64,000 nt of DNA. Origin: a virus. Positions 1 to 10,557 of this stretch are shown here, in pieces. Position 1 is the stretch's first letter, and each line of letters begins with the position of its first letter. The translations under genes were made by a program, and so were the position numbers. Below the pieces are notes generated by a model that was not told where the DNA came from, made no database searches, and was given only the letters and a program-made list of their open reading frames with translations. The stretch lies in UHGV virus genome UHGV-0041314. One strand, 5' to 3'.

Positions 1-684
1 GTTTCAATTCTAGCAGAAGATGGTAACAAGCTGTTTAAAGAGTTTACTAAGTCTAAGAAAAACCCAGAAGGTTGGGATAAAGTTACTACTGAAGCGGTTG
101 ATGCAGATGACTTCGAAGAGAAGTTTGGTTGCAAACCACCATTTGAAGCAGACACTTACTACATCTTGAAAGTAAGTCGTGCAGCAGCTTATAAAGATGG
201 TGCTGTGTGGACAGCTAAACAGTCATTCCCTGTAATGCTGATTGAAGAAGTAAATGGTAAGCGTGTAGCTGTTAAACAGCCGATGAAGAAAATCAAAGCT
301 CAAGCATCTGACAAACATGAAGATGACAAGAACTACGATGTAATTCATCCAGATATTGCAGTTGGTAACGGTTCTTTTGGTAGCGTGATTCTTTCTACTC
401 ACTTCTACACTTTTGAGAACAATGTTTTGACAAAACCTATTCAGGAACAGTTTATCATTGACACCCTTGTACCTTACACTGGCGGTAACGGCGCTAACGG
501 TGAACCTGAACTGGATGAAGACGAACTGGCCATGCTTGGTCTTGACGGTGTTGAAGATAACGGTGAAATCACTGAAGAAGACGCAAAAGACCACAAACCT
601 TCGAATGATTCTGATGACGGTGACGATGAAGACTTGCCAGACCCAGATGACGAAGGAGATGAAGACTTCGATACAGAAGACTAA
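1..684 (+). CDS. hypothetical protein, 5'-partial; extremely acidic C-terminal tail (possible ssDNA-binding-type protein)
   Basis: reading frame open from window start into track ORF 166..684; C-terminus DDGDDEDLPDPDDEGDEDFDTED; hairpin+T-run terminator follows. Confidence 0.5.
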   Translation, partial: VSILAEDGNKLFKEFTKSKKNPEGWDKVTTEAVDADDFEEKFGCKPPFEADTYYILKVSRAAAYKDGAVWTAKQSFPVMLIEEVNGKRVAVKQPMKKIKAQASDKHEDDKNYDVIHPDIAVGNGSFGSVILSTHFYTFENNVLTKPIQEQFIIDTLVPYTGGNGANGEPELDEDELAMLGLDGVEDNGEITEEDAKDHKPSNDSDDGDDEDLPDPDDEGDEDFDTED

Positions 685-702
685 TCTCTAAAAGTTACTT
701 TA

Positions 703-730
703 AAGCCCTGTACTTAGTATGGGGCTTTTT
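703..730 (+). terminator. rho-independent terminator
   Basis: AAGCCC...GGGGCTT hairpin followed by TTTTT. Confidence 0.5.
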
Positions 731-746
731 CATATGGAGAGTCATA

Positions 747-1787
747 ATGGAGCAGTATACGCTAACAAAACTTCCAGATTCAGTTACACATGTCTTTATT
801 GACTCTGACAGTATTGCCTATAAAGGTGCTTGTGTAGTTGAGAAAGCAAAATATAAGTATGTCAATAAACTCACAGCAGAAGAATCTGAACCATTTGATA
901 ATGCAAAAGATGCGGCAAGATGGTTAGCAGACCAGAGAATCCTTGTGGAAGAACTTGGCCTGACATTTGATGAAGATGAATGGGAAAGACAGACTTGGAA
1001 AGAAGCTAAGAGTGAAAAAGAAGCTATCATGGCTACTCAGCAGGTTCTTCAGGAATGGCTTAAAGTTGTTGGTAAAGAAAGAACTTGGGTAGGTTATCTA
1101 ACAGAGAAGGGTGTACATAAACATAAAGACATTAAAGGGCTTGAGCACCAATATCAAGGTAACCGTAAAGATGCTGTCACACCAACACACTTAGTCGCTT
1201 GTCGTGAATATCTTCTGTCAAGACCAGAGTTCAAACTCTTAAAGGGTGGCTTCGAAGCAGATTCCATCGTAATTGCTAAAGCTGAAAAGATGGGTAAGAA
1301 GGCTGCTCTTATGAGTATTGACAAAGACCTTCGACAAGCTGAAGGGACTTATTGTATTGACATGACTTATGAAAAGTCACCACTAATTTTTATTGCTGAT
1401 AATAATGTTGGTGATATCTGGGATTGCCCTATCAAATCAAAACCAAAAGCTGCAAAAACAGTTGGTGTAGGTTTTAAATTTTTGTGTTATCAGGCTGTTG
1501 CTGGAGATAATGCAGACAACTACTTCGGCCTTAAAGGTGCTGGAAAAGTAGCTGTGATGAATGCTTTAGATGGTAAAGAGACCTATAAAGAGTGTCTTGA
1601 CGCTATCTATGAACTCTATGCTAAAAAAGAGTCTTACACCTATGTGTCATGGGATGGACAGACTGTTACCAAAACACCATTAGAGTTAATGGAGCAACAT
1701 TTCTGGATAGCATATCAAGAGAGAAATCCAAAAGATAATTTCTCTTTTAAGAAATATAATTGGGAGCCGTGTATGAATGAAGATTAA
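747..1787 (+). CDS. 5'-3' exonuclease / flap endonuclease (FEN-like, RNase H-type)
   Basis: ATG with GGAGA RBS; N-terminal HVFIDSDSIAYKG resembles the FEN LxDGxxxAYR motif; GLKGAGKVA resembles the H3TH loop. Confidence 0.5.
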   Translation: MEQYTLTKLPDSVTHVFIDSDSIAYKGACVVEKAKYKYVNKLTAEESEPFDNAKDAARWLADQRILVEELGLTFDEDEWERQTWKEAKSEKEAIMATQQVLQEWLKVVGKERTWVGYLTEKGVHKHKDIKGLEHQYQGNRKDAVTPTHLVACREYLLSRPEFKLLKGGFEADSIVIAKAEKMGKKAALMSIDKDLRQAEGTYCIDMTYEKSPLIFIADNNVGDIWDCPIKSKPKAAKTVGVGFKFLCYQAVAGDNADNYFGLKGAGKVAVMNALDGKETYKECLDAIYELYAKKESYTYVSWDGQTVTKTPLELMEQHFWIAYQERNPKDNFSFKKYNWEPCMNED

Positions 1788-2274
1788 AGGATTTGGCAAT
1801 TGTCCCACCTATGGTCATTGGGTATCTTTGTGTGGGGAAGTTGACCCCACTAAACATTTTGGTTTTGTCTATTTAGTATACTGTAAGAAGACCGGACAAT
1901 ACTATATCGGAAAGAAACAGCTTAATAGTGTGACCAAAAGAAAAGTTGCTGGCAAGACTCGGAAGAAGGTAGTCACTAAGGAAAGTGATTGGATGACTTA
2001 TGAGACTTCTTCTGAGTATATCAAAAAAGATATTGAGAGCTTTGGAAAAGAATTTTTTGACTTTTACATTATTCAAACCTACTACACAAAAGGTGGTCTA
2101 GTTTATGGTGAAGCAAACCTTCAACATAAATTCGATGTAATGACAAAAAGGATTGACTCTAAGCTCAGACTCTTCTACAATGCCAATATTGCAGCAATTA
2201 AGTTTATTACTAAAGAAACTTATGAAGATGCTGAAAAAAGAATCCATAAGGTAATGAAAGCAAATTGTGCTTGA
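1777..2274 (+). CDS. GIY-YIG family nuclease (homing-endonuclease-like)
   Basis: FGFVYLVYCKKTGQYYIGKK matches the GIY-x10-YIG spacing; overlaps upstream stop. Confidence 0.55.
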   Translation: MKIKGFGNCPTYGHWVSLCGEVDPTKHFGFVYLVYCKKTGQYYIGKKQLNSVTKRKVAGKTRKKVVTKESDWMTYETSSEYIKKDIESFGKEFFDFYIIQTYYTKGGLVYGEANLQHKFDVMTKRIDSKLRLFYNANIAAIKFITKETYEDAEKRIHKVMKANCA

Positions 2275-2295
2275 TAACTATTGAGAGAGAATAAA

Positions 2296-2544
2296 ATGTT
2301 TAACAAAAGTAAAGCTGTGAGTCATGTAGCAAAAGTTGACAGCAAGATTGAAGAACTTGAGCGCATTCTTGCAAATGCCAGAGAGTCAATAATTAAAGAG
2401 GTTGAAGCTGTTGAATCTCAAATGCAGCACCTAATGCTTAAACGTCAAGAACTACGTGAGCATCTGGAATATATTGAAACACGAGAGCTAAAGGTTAACA
2501 GATATTTTAAGGAGTCCAAATGTTTAACTCAAGAGAATCAGTAA
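2296..2544 (+). CDS. hypothetical protein (coiled-coil)
   Basis: track ORF 2281..2544 starts at TTG; in-frame ATG at 2296. Confidence 0.4.
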   Translation: MFNKSKAVSHVAKVDSKIEELERILANARESIIKEVEAVESQMQHLMLKRQELREHLEYIETRELKVNRYFKESKCLTQENQ

Positions 2545-3275
2545 AAAACTGGAATCTTCGTTGTGGAAACACGCAAAAGCGACCTTACAGTGATGAGTAT
2601 TGGGAATCTTTGAAATCTCAATCTCTATGTATGCTTGAAGAAGCAAAAGAGCTTGTAAAAGCAATTGAAGAGAAAGACCCCATTGAGACACTGGATGCTC
2701 AGGCAGATTTGCAATATGTTCTTGACGGTTTGATTTATCTGTCACAACATGACCATAATGGTGCTATGGAAGCTGTTTGCCATAATAATGACCTGAAGTA
2801 CACAGACGACTATGAAGACGCTTTAAAGCGTCTTGCAGATATTGAGAAGCGTACTGGTCAAGAGTGTATCATCAGAATGTCAGTAGTTGATGGTAAAGAG
2901 TGGTATGCGATTGTTCGTGCAGCCGATGGGAAGATTATGAAGCAATCAAATCTCCCTAAAGTTCAGCTTGGTGAATACATTGTAGAACTTGAAAGCCAAG
3001 AACTTTTTGTGGTAGTATCTGACACATGCGTTATCTGCAAAGGTATTGTATGTAGCTTAAAGGATTTGGGTGTAGATGGTTTTGTAGAAGTTAATCCAAT
3101 TACCTCTAAAGCAGATAAAGATTTCTGTAAAGAGAATGGACTATGGATTGCAGATATTGTCTACTATGATGGTGAGCAGTTCCATGTAACCTCATACCCG
3201 AAACTGAATTATGATGCTAATAACCTGAAGTGCTGGTTAAAAGGGGTTGGTTATAATGGATTCACAGAACATTAA
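2520..3275 (+). CDS. hypothetical protein; weak resemblance to all-alpha NTP pyrophosphohydrolase (MazG-like)
   Basis: strong RBS AAGGAG upstream of ATG 2520; EEAKELVKAIEEKD...LDAQADLQYVLDGL pattern. Confidence 0.3.
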   Translation: MFNSRESVKNWNLRCGNTQKRPYSDEYWESLKSQSLCMLEEAKELVKAIEEKDPIETLDAQADLQYVLDGLIYLSQHDHNGAMEAVCHNNDLKYTDDYEDALKRLADIEKRTGQECIIRMSVVDGKEWYAIVRAADGKIMKQSNLPKVQLGEYIVELESQELFVVVSDTCVICKGIVCSLKDLGVDGFVEVNPITSKADKDFCKENGLWIADIVYYDGEQFHVTSYPKLNYDANNLKCWLKGVGYNGFTEH

Positions 3276-3579
3276 TAAAGAAGGTGTGGCTCAGAAGAGC
3301 CACTTCTCAAACTACAATATCTCTATGACGGTGTTTATGAATGACCCGTTACTTGAGAAGTATGGTGAGACTCCAGATACACTTCTGGATAATGAACAAG
3401 TTTTAAAAGCAGTCCTGTACAAATACGGGATTGATATTGAGAAAGAGTATTCTTTTGAAATCTGTCAACACAGGAATACTTTTGGTAAAGTTGTAATGGC
3501 TCCACTCTTCATGGGTGTAGAAAGAACTGACTATGGTTGGTTATATCTAAAAAGAAACTTGGAGAAATACCGTGTCTAA
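3256..3579 (+). CDS. hypothetical protein
   Basis: track ORF from TTG 3247; ATG at 3256. Confidence 0.4.
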   Translation: MDSQNINKEGVAQKSHFSNYNISMTVFMNDPLLEKYGETPDTLLDNEQVLKAVLYKYGIDIEKEYSFEICQHRNTFGKVVMAPLFMGVERTDYGWLYLKRNLEKYRV

Positions 3580-3904
3580 AGCAAAAAAGCTATCTTATGA
3601 TGACATTATCTCAGGTGCTAAATTAGGTGTTGATAGTATCGGGCAAGATGTTAAGCACGGGGACACAGTTATGTACTGTGACGACCGAAGAGGCAGAAGT
3701 GCAATCTTGTTTGGAAGAGTTGTTTGCAAGATGCGAGGTAACTATGTTGTTGAAGACATGAATGTGGATGTCACAAAACAGCTTGAAATAATTATGAATA
3801 GTAATATATCATGGTTCGTCAATTGTATGCACACTTCGTCAGTCACAAAGGTAAGTGATAAGTTTTACGATATGTGGCAGAATGAGCAAATTTTCAAGAT
3901 TTAA
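3572..3904 (+). CDS. hypothetical protein
   Basis: GTG start with GGAG 8 nt upstream; terminator-like hairpin after stop. Confidence 0.35.
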   Translation: MSKAKKLSYDDIISGAKLGVDSIGQDVKHGDTVMYCDDRRGRSAILFGRVVCKMRGNYVVEDMNVDVTKQLEIIMNSNISWFVNCMHTSSVTKVSDKFYDMWQNEQIFKI

Positions 3905-3908
3905 ACTA

Positions 3909-3935
3909 GGGAGCCTCTTCGGAGGCTCTTCTCAT
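3909..3935 (+). terminator. terminator-like hairpin (weak U-tract)
   Basis: GGAGCCTC-TTCG-GAGGCTC tetraloop hairpin then TTCTCATC. Confidence 0.35.
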
Positions 3936-3950
3936 CTGTAGGATTCAAAA

Positions 3951-6185
3951 ATGATTAAGACAATTAAAAAATCAAACGGCACAGTAGTAAGTTTTGACCC
4001 AGAAAGACTGAATAAGTGGGCATCATGGGCAGATAAGCGTGGAATTATCTGGTCAGAAGTCACTATGGAAGCCATGAAGCGTGTCTATGAGGGTTGCACT
4101 ACAAAAGAGATGCACCAAGCCATGATTGATGTTTGTGTTGATAAACAAACTCAAGAGTACTCAGATATGGCTGGACGGCTACTTCTGGGGATTATCTACA
4201 AAGAAGCCTTTGGAGGCTTTACTAAGGTTCCTACGCTGGTTACCTTCGTTAAAAATATGGAGAGAGCAGGACTTTGGGAGAAGATGGACTATTCTCAGGA
4301 AGAGCTTGAATATCTGCAAGGATACATTGTGCACTCAAAAGATATCTCTTACGGCTATGCAGTGTTGAAACAGTTCAGAGATAAATATGGTATCCGTGAT
4401 ATTAAAACTGGAAGACTTTTTGAGTCACCACAATTTATGTTTATGGGTATGGCTATGAAAGCCTTTGAGAAGCAACCAAAGCACCGTAGACTGCAAGATG
4501 TTATTAAGCTGTACACTTACCTATCTGACCTGAAGATTAATGCTCCTACACCTTATCTGAATGGTTTACGTGCTACTAAGTCAGGCTATGCGTCATGCTG
4601 TTTGATTAAGGCAAATGATACTGCTGAGTCACTTGGTATTGCTGCAAAGGTTGCTTATGATATGACTACGAAGCAAGCTGGTATTGGTATGCTGATGGAG
4701 ACTCGTACTATTGGTGATGGTATCCGTCAAAACACTATCGAACACATGGGTAAACTACCTTATTACAAGCTTGTACGTTCATCTGTAGAGGCAAATAAAC
4801 AGAAGAGTCGTGGTGGTTCAGCTAACAACTTCTACACCGCTCTAGACCCGCAGATTGAAGATTTACTACGTTTGAAGCACCCTACAACGGTCCCTTCTAA
4901 ACGTATTAATGAGATGGACTACTCATTTGGTACAAATGATTATTTCTGGCAGTGTGTTCAATATGATACAGATTGGTTGCTATTCTCTTACAAGGATGCA
5001 CCAAAACTTTATGATATGTTCTACACCGCATCTGCTGATGAGTTTGCTATGGCAGTTGGTCACGCAGTACATTCTGGTGTTAAACACAGACGAGTAAAGG
5101 CTCGTGAAATTGCTAAACTGTTTATTCAGCAGCGTTATGCAACAGGTCGTGTGTACCCATTCTTCACAAATAATGCAAACACTCATACACCATTTAAAGA
5201 GCCTTTGAAGATGTCAAATCTTTGCATGGAAATTGTGTTGCCAGTGTACGGCTTTGAGAAAGAGACAGACCTTTACAGAGACGATGCTGTGAAGGAGGAT
5301 GGTGAGGTAGCTCTTTGCTTCCTAGCTAGTTTGGTTGCAGGGAGAATTTCAGAAGATGAATACGCTGACGTTGCTTATTATGCTCTTGCAATGGTTGACT
5401 CCGTTATTGACCTTATGGATTATCCGTATCCGTCGATGCGTAACCATGTTCAGAAGCGTCGCTCTGTTGGCATTGGCCTTACAAATGTGGCTCATTACCT
5501 TGCGAAGAACTACGTGAACTACTCTTCAAGGGCTGGTAAGACAAAGCTTCACGAACTTGCAGAGATGCACTCTTACTATCTGCATGAAGCTTCTCTAAGA
5601 CTTGCTAAAGAGCGTGGTGTACCTGAATACATGAAGTTCACTAAGTACCCTGAAGGATGGGTTCCTCCGAAGACAGCTAACAAGAAGATTGATGAGAAGC
5701 ATGATGCAAAACTAAGATATGATTGGGATGACTTAGCACAACGTATCAAAGAAAATGGTGGCATCCGAAACTCTGTACTTGAGGCTTATATGCCTAATGA
5801 GAGTTCTTCACTGGCAACTAATACGACAAACGGCTTGTACCCAATTCGTGACTTTATTTTAACTAAAAAGTCTGCAACTGGTAACGTACTGTTTATTGTT
5901 CCAGATTATGAAGAGTTGAAGTATGTCTATGAAATTGCTTGGGATATTGACACCTTTGACCTGATTGATTGTTATGCAATTGTTCAAAAGTTCACTGGTC
6001 AAGCTATCTCTTCAGATTTCTATGTTGACTACGCAAAAGCTAAGAAGGTATCATTGGCTCAAGCTTTGAAGTATATGATTTATGCCAACTCGGTAGGTAT
6101 GAAAACCATGTACTACCTTAACAGTCGCATCGGTGTAGGTAAGTCTGCACTGCAAGATGCTTATTGCGAGGGCTGTGGTGTTTAG
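3951..6185 (+). CDS. nrdA: ribonucleoside-diphosphate reductase large subunit (class Ia)
   Basis: 744 aa; ATP-cone-like N-terminus; followed by small-subunit gene. Confidence 0.9.
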   Translation: MIKTIKKSNGTVVSFDPERLNKWASWADKRGIIWSEVTMEAMKRVYEGCTTKEMHQAMIDVCVDKQTQEYSDMAGRLLLGIIYKEAFGGFTKVPTLVTFVKNMERAGLWEKMDYSQEELEYLQGYIVHSKDISYGYAVLKQFRDKYGIRDIKTGRLFESPQFMFMGMAMKAFEKQPKHRRLQDVIKLYTYLSDLKINAPTPYLNGLRATKSGYASCCLIKANDTAESLGIAAKVAYDMTTKQAGIGMLMETRTIGDGIRQNTIEHMGKLPYYKLVRSSVEANKQKSRGGSANNFYTALDPQIEDLLRLKHPTTVPSKRINEMDYSFGTNDYFWQCVQYDTDWLLFSYKDAPKLYDMFYTASADEFAMAVGHAVHSGVKHRRVKAREIAKLFIQQRYATGRVYPFFTNNANTHTPFKEPLKMSNLCMEIVLPVYGFEKETDLYRDDAVKEDGEVALCFLASLVAGRISEDEYADVAYYALAMVDSVIDLMDYPYPSMRNHVQKRRSVGIGLTNVAHYLAKNYVNYSSRAGKTKLHELAEMHSYYLHEASLRLAKERGVPEYMKFTKYPEGWVPPKTANKKIDEKHDAKLRYDWDDLAQRIKENGGIRNSVLEAYMPNESSSLATNTTNGLYPIRDFILTKKSATGNVLFIVPDYEELKYVYEIAWDIDTFDLIDCYAIVQKFTGQAISSDFYVDYAKAKKVSLAQALKYMIYANSVGMKTMYYLNSRIGVGKSALQDAYCEGCGV

Positions 6186-6240
6186 TTTTAATAACTATGA
6201 GGGTCGTAAAAGACCCTCTAAAAATAACTTTGGAGAAACT

Positions 6241-6498
6241 ATGAAAGATTTGATAGCAAATCACGAGTGGCCTATATACTTGCTCCACAAACCTCGAAAA
6301 ACGCTGTACTATGTGAGTAGCACAGACATGATGATAAAACAAAATGATGACTCATGGGTCGATGGCGTCTCTTACATCTCTACAGCAGATGGTAAAATCT
6401 ATGCAAGACCTTATGACATGTTTAATAAAGAAAATTGGGAAGTTTTAGACAGAAAACAAGCCTTAGAGATGATAAAGAAAGGAGAAATCACATTATGA
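6241..6498 (+). CDS. hypothetical protein
   Basis: track ORF 6157 begins inside nrdA; ATG 6241 has GGAGA RBS; stop overlaps nrdB start. Confidence 0.4.
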   Translation: MKDLIANHEWPIYLLHKPRKTLYYVSSTDMMIKQNDDSWVDGVSYISTADGKIYARPYDMFNKENWEVLDRKQALEMIKKGEITL

Positions 6499-7568
6499 TT
6501 AACCAACACCCAATCTTTTTAGGTGGTGAGAGAAAGACATTTGACTCACTTAACAAGCACTACCCAAAAATCTTTGAGCTATATAAACAACAAAAAGCGC
6601 AAGACTGGTCAGAAGATGAGTTCCCTTTTGAACAATCACGTCTTGATTTTGAAAGTGTGCCAGCATCAATGTCAGGTGTAATGCTTGAGATTCTTAAGTG
6701 GCAGTGGGAAGCAGATACCCAAGTTGCTAAAAGTTTAGCGTTTGCTTTTGCACCATTCATCTCTGATGACATTTATGCAACTGCAATTATGAAGCAGTCT
6801 GAGATTGAAAACCTACACGCCCTGACTTACTCGGAGATTGTAAGGCAATGTATTAAAAATCCTGAAACAATCTTAGATGAGATTAACCAGAACATTGCTG
6901 TACAAGACCGATTAAAAACTGTGAATCGTGTTCTTGAAGAATTGCTGGATGAAGGTATAAACTATCGACTGAGTTATGTCCGTGACTCACTTCTGGACAA
7001 AGACCCTTTACACTTCCATAAAGTGATTCTGAAAGGTCTATTTGCAGTGACTGCACTGGAAGGTATATCTTTTATGGCATCCTTTGCATGTACTTTTGCA
7101 CTTGATGCTCAAGATAAATTTCAGGGTATTGCTCAAGCTGTCCAGAAAATTATGCTTGATGAAATCCTTCACACTAAAATTGATATTGAAGTTTTAAAAG
7201 AAACTTTAAGAGATGATGAGTGGCAAAAAGCTTTCCAACAAATTCTTCCAGAGATTAAAGTAATCTTAGATGAAGTAGTTGAAAGTGAAGAAAAATGGTC
7301 GTATTATATCTTCTCCGAAGGACGTGCTGTAGTTGGTTTAAATACAAAGCTTCTTCATGAGTGGGTTTACTATAATGCTGCCCCACTGTATGATATGTTT
7401 GGCATTCCCAGAGATTTTGTAGCTCCTAAAGAACCACCTTTGAAGTATATGATTAAGAAGATGGAAATTGATAAAGAGCAGAATGCTAATCAGGAGCAAC
7501 AGAACGGTGCGTACTTATTGAATACTGTTGTAGATGATTTGAATAGTGGATTTTTAGAGGTTCCTTAA
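6495..7568 (+). CDS. nrdB: ribonucleoside-diphosphate reductase small subunit
   Basis: track ORF from TTG 6435; ATG 6495 with GGAGA RBS; ferritin-like diiron protein downstream of nrdA. Confidence 0.85.
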   Translation: MINQHPIFLGGERKTFDSLNKHYPKIFELYKQQKAQDWSEDEFPFEQSRLDFESVPASMSGVMLEILKWQWEADTQVAKSLAFAFAPFISDDIYATAIMKQSEIENLHALTYSEIVRQCIKNPETILDEINQNIAVQDRLKTVNRVLEELLDEGINYRLSYVRDSLLDKDPLHFHKVILKGLFAVTALEGISFMASFACTFALDAQDKFQGIAQAVQKIMLDEILHTKIDIEVLKETLRDDEWQKAFQQILPEIKVILDEVVESEEKWSYYIFSEGRAVVGLNTKLLHEWVYYNAAPLYDMFGIPRDFVAPKEPPLKYMIKKMEIDKEQNANQEQQNGAYLLNTVVDDLNSGFLEVP

Positions 7569-7810
7569 TGACTTATGTAATTTACTCCAAAACTGGATGC
7601 CCTCAGTGTGAGACTGCAAAGAATTTTGCAAAAGCTCGTGGTATTGACCATGTTGTGAGAATGTTAGGGCAGGATTATGAACTGTCAGACCTGATGGATA
7701 TTGCACAGATGCCAGTTCGTCAGATGCCATTCATCATGAAGACTGATGGTCAAAATCTAAAACCTGTTGGGACGCTACAGAATTTTATGGCAGAGGTGAA
7801 TAATGCTTAA
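7568..7810 (+). CDS. glutaredoxin/NrdH-like redoxin
   Basis: 80 aa; CPQC active-site motif near N-terminus; sits in the nrd operon. Confidence 0.75.
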   Translation: MTYVIYSKTGCPQCETAKNFAKARGIDHVVRMLGQDYELSDLMDIAQMPVRQMPFIMKTDGQNLKPVGTLQNFMAEVNNA

Positions 7811-8009
7811 ACGCCTTTGGGAAGGTTTGGTTGTTGATGCACCAGCCATTGTGATTGGTATGCTTGTTGTTAACCTATTTACTGATTTTGAACAAGGTTC
7901 ATTGTTTGGAGCCATGCTATTATGGGTTATCTTTGAAATATTAGAGATACAGCTAGGCATCACTGAAAAACTAAGAAAACTCGTTTCAAAGTTTTCTAAA
8001 AAGATTTAA
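7803..8009 (+). CDS. small membrane protein (2 predicted TM helices, charged C-terminus)
   Basis: hydrophobic segments then KLRKLVSKFSKKI; terminator follows. Confidence 0.4.
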   Translation: MLKRLWEGLVVDAPAIVIGMLVVNLFTDFEQGSLFGAMLLWVIFEILEIQLGITEKLRKLVSKFSKKI

Positions 8010-8016
8010 AATGAAA

Positions 8017-8039
8017 GGGTCTCTTCGGAGACCTTTTTA
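8017..8039 (+). terminator. rho-independent terminator
   Basis: GGGTCTC-TTCG-GAGACC then TTTTT. Confidence 0.6.
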
Positions 8040-8057
8040 GCATGTAAAGGGGCAATA

Positions 8058-10202
8058 ATGAACAAAGTACAGATTATTAAAAAGAATGGCTCACTTGAAG
8101 AACCGGATATCAAAAAAGTTTTAGCAGCAGTAACTAAGTCAGCTAACAGGGTTGGGTATAAAGAACTCCCACCAGATGTTACCCAAGCTCTTGAGTCAGC
8201 ATTTATGAGGATTCTGGTGAAGTCCACTAAGCAGAATAATTTGCTCATCTCGGTAAATGACATTCACAGTATTGTTGAGGGTGCTTTGGCAGAAGTCAAT
8301 CACGAGATTTACGAGTCTTACTCAACATATAGAAATTACCGTAAAGAGGTTGCTCAAAATTGGGATGAGCTTTACCAAAAGACTAGAGACACACTCTTCT
8401 TAGGTGACCGTGAAAATGCCAACTTTGACAGCAGTTTAATTTCTACAAAAGGTTCAATTATTCGTGGTTATCTGACTAAAGAAATCTTTAAACAATACCA
8501 TTTAACACCAGAGGAACTCGAAGCCATTGAACAAGGGTTTATCTACATCCATGACTTAAGAGACCTAATTTTTGGTGGTATTAACTGTTGCTTGTTTGAC
8601 ATTGGTAAAGTACTGAAAGGTGGCTTTGAAATGTCTGGCATCGAATACTGTGAACCGAAGTCTGTACTGTCAGCCTTACAAGTTATCGGTGATGTAGTTC
8701 TTTCAGCAACTGCACAGCAATTTGGTGGATTTACTTTAGCAGAGATTGATAAGGTACTTGTACCGTATGCTAAGAAGTCTCTACGCTATCATGCTGAGAA
8801 AGCAGCATCTTACGGTATTCCTAAAGAGCATTACCATAACTATGTCATGGAGCAGCTACAGATTGAATTAACTCAAGGCTTCCAGTCACTAGAGATGAAA
8901 CTAAACACCGTACCTTGCAGCCGTGGTGATTTTGCATTCACAACTTTAACATTTGGGTTGCTCGACTCAGATATGTCTAATGAAGACAACAGACTGCAAT
9001 ACATGATTGCAAGTACTCTCCTAGATGTTCGTATGAATGGGCAAGGTAAGAGCAAAAAACCTGTTGTATTCCCTAAACTGGTTTATATCTACGACCAGAA
9101 GAGACATGATGAAAATATCTGTCAAGGTCACCTGTACAGTAAAGCTATCGAGTGTTGCTCTAAAGCAATGTATCCAGATTTCTTAAGTGTATCTGGTCAC
9201 GGTGCTGTAGCAGAAGCTTTTGAGCGTTCTGGTAAGGTAATTTCACCGATGGGTTGCAGAGCTTTCTTGTCTCCATATCTTAACGATGATGGGGAAGAGT
9301 TCTACGTTGGTCGTGCTAACATTGGTGCTGTGTCTTTGAACTTGCCAATGATTTACCAGTATTCTAAAGAGAATGGTTTAGATTTCTGGAAAGAGCTTGA
9401 TAAGTACCTAGAGATGATTCGCAGCTTCCACAAGAAACGCTACGAAATGATTGCTAATATGCCAGCAAGTTCTAACCCTCTTGCATTCACACAAGGTGGT
9501 CTGTACAAAGGTACTAAGAAATCTACTGACAAGGTTGGCTGGGATATCGTGAAGTCCTTCACAGCTTCTTTTGGGGTTACCGCACTGGATGAGTTATCTG
9601 TTCTTGCTGAAGGTAAACGACTTCATGAAGTTGGAAGCTATAGTTTTGCATACGATGTTCTGGCATACATCAACATGAAAACTGAAGAGTTTAAAAATGA
9701 AGATGGCTTCTTATATGCTGTCTATGGTACTCCAGCAGAATCACTTTGTGGAACTCAGCTAAAACAGTTCAGAGAAATGTTTGGTGTTATCAAAGGTGTT
9801 TCTGACAAGGAATACTTTACAAACAGTTTCCATATGAATGTTGCAGCAGATATCTCACCATTTGAGAAGCAGGACTTAGAAGAGCCATTCTTCCATATCT
9901 GTAGAGGTGGTAGAATCCAGTATGTCAGAGTAGCTAACCCAGAAAACTTAACAGCACTTAAAAGCTGTATTACAAGAGGCATGTTGAAAGGTTTTTATCA
10001 GGGACTTAACTTTGACTTAGCAATCTGTGAGCATTGTGGTAACAGACCAAAGGCTGATGTTGAAGAATGTGAGGTTTGCCATTCACATGATATCTCTGTG
10101 ATTAACAGGGTGTGTGGGTATCTTGGATGGACTAAGATTAAAGGCGAATCCCGAATGAACGATGCAAAAATTGCTGAGATTCGTGACAGAGTTTCTATGT
10201 AA
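8058..10202 (+). CDS. nrdD: anaerobic ribonucleoside-triphosphate reductase (class III)
   Basis: 714 aa; C-terminal glycyl-radical motif RVCGYLGW and Cys-rich zinc-ribbon CEHCGN...CEVCHSHD. Confidence 0.9.
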   Translation: MNKVQIIKKNGSLEEPDIKKVLAAVTKSANRVGYKELPPDVTQALESAFMRILVKSTKQNNLLISVNDIHSIVEGALAEVNHEIYESYSTYRNYRKEVAQNWDELYQKTRDTLFLGDRENANFDSSLISTKGSIIRGYLTKEIFKQYHLTPEELEAIEQGFIYIHDLRDLIFGGINCCLFDIGKVLKGGFEMSGIEYCEPKSVLSALQVIGDVVLSATAQQFGGFTLAEIDKVLVPYAKKSLRYHAEKAASYGIPKEHYHNYVMEQLQIELTQGFQSLEMKLNTVPCSRGDFAFTTLTFGLLDSDMSNEDNRLQYMIASTLLDVRMNGQGKSKKPVVFPKLVYIYDQKRHDENICQGHLYSKAIECCSKAMYPDFLSVSGHGAVAEAFERSGKVISPMGCRAFLSPYLNDDGEEFYVGRANIGAVSLNLPMIYQYSKENGLDFWKELDKYLEMIRSFHKKRYEMIANMPASSNPLAFTQGGLYKGTKKSTDKVGWDIVKSFTASFGVTALDELSVLAEGKRLHEVGSYSFAYDVLAYINMKTEEFKNEDGFLYAVYGTPAESLCGTQLKQFREMFGVIKGVSDKEYFTNSFHMNVAADISPFEKQDLEEPFFHICRGGRIQYVRVANPENLTALKSCITRGMLKGFYQGLNFDLAICEHCGNRPKADVEECEVCHSHDISVINRVCGYLGWTKIKGESRMNDAKIAEIRDRVSM

Positions 10203-10212
10203 AACTTGACAA

Positions 10213-10250
10213 GGTGATGTGGGTCTTGATAGGCTTACATCACCTTTTTT
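10213..10250 (+). terminator. rho-independent terminator after nrdD
   Basis: GGTGATGT...ACATCACC 8-bp stem then TTTTTT. Confidence 0.55.
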
Positions 10251-10356
10251 ATTGGATGTTAGACATGGCAGAGAGTATTATTGGGTTGTTCATAGGTTCT
10301 GTCTTACTAGGGTTCTTTTTAGGACTCTCTTATTGTGAATTGAGAGATAAGTTAAA

Positions 10357-10557
10357 ATGTTTAAAATACCAAAAACGTTGATATACATACTCCATATTCT
10401 AATCTTCTTCTTTGGGGTTAGTGTTATGGTATGGGGTTTTTCAGACCCACAATGGGGTTTCTCATATCATGGTCAGATGGATTTATGGTCATGCTTCAAA
10501 CCATTTTTAGGGTTAGCTATAGCATTCAGCGCATTGCCAACTAAGGTGAAATTATGA
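10357..10557 (+). CDS. small membrane protein
   Basis: 66 aa, two hydrophobic helices. Confidence 0.35.
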   Translation: MFKIPKTLIYILHILIFFFGVSVMVWGFSDPQWGFSYHGQMDLWSCFKPFLGLAIAFSALPTKVKL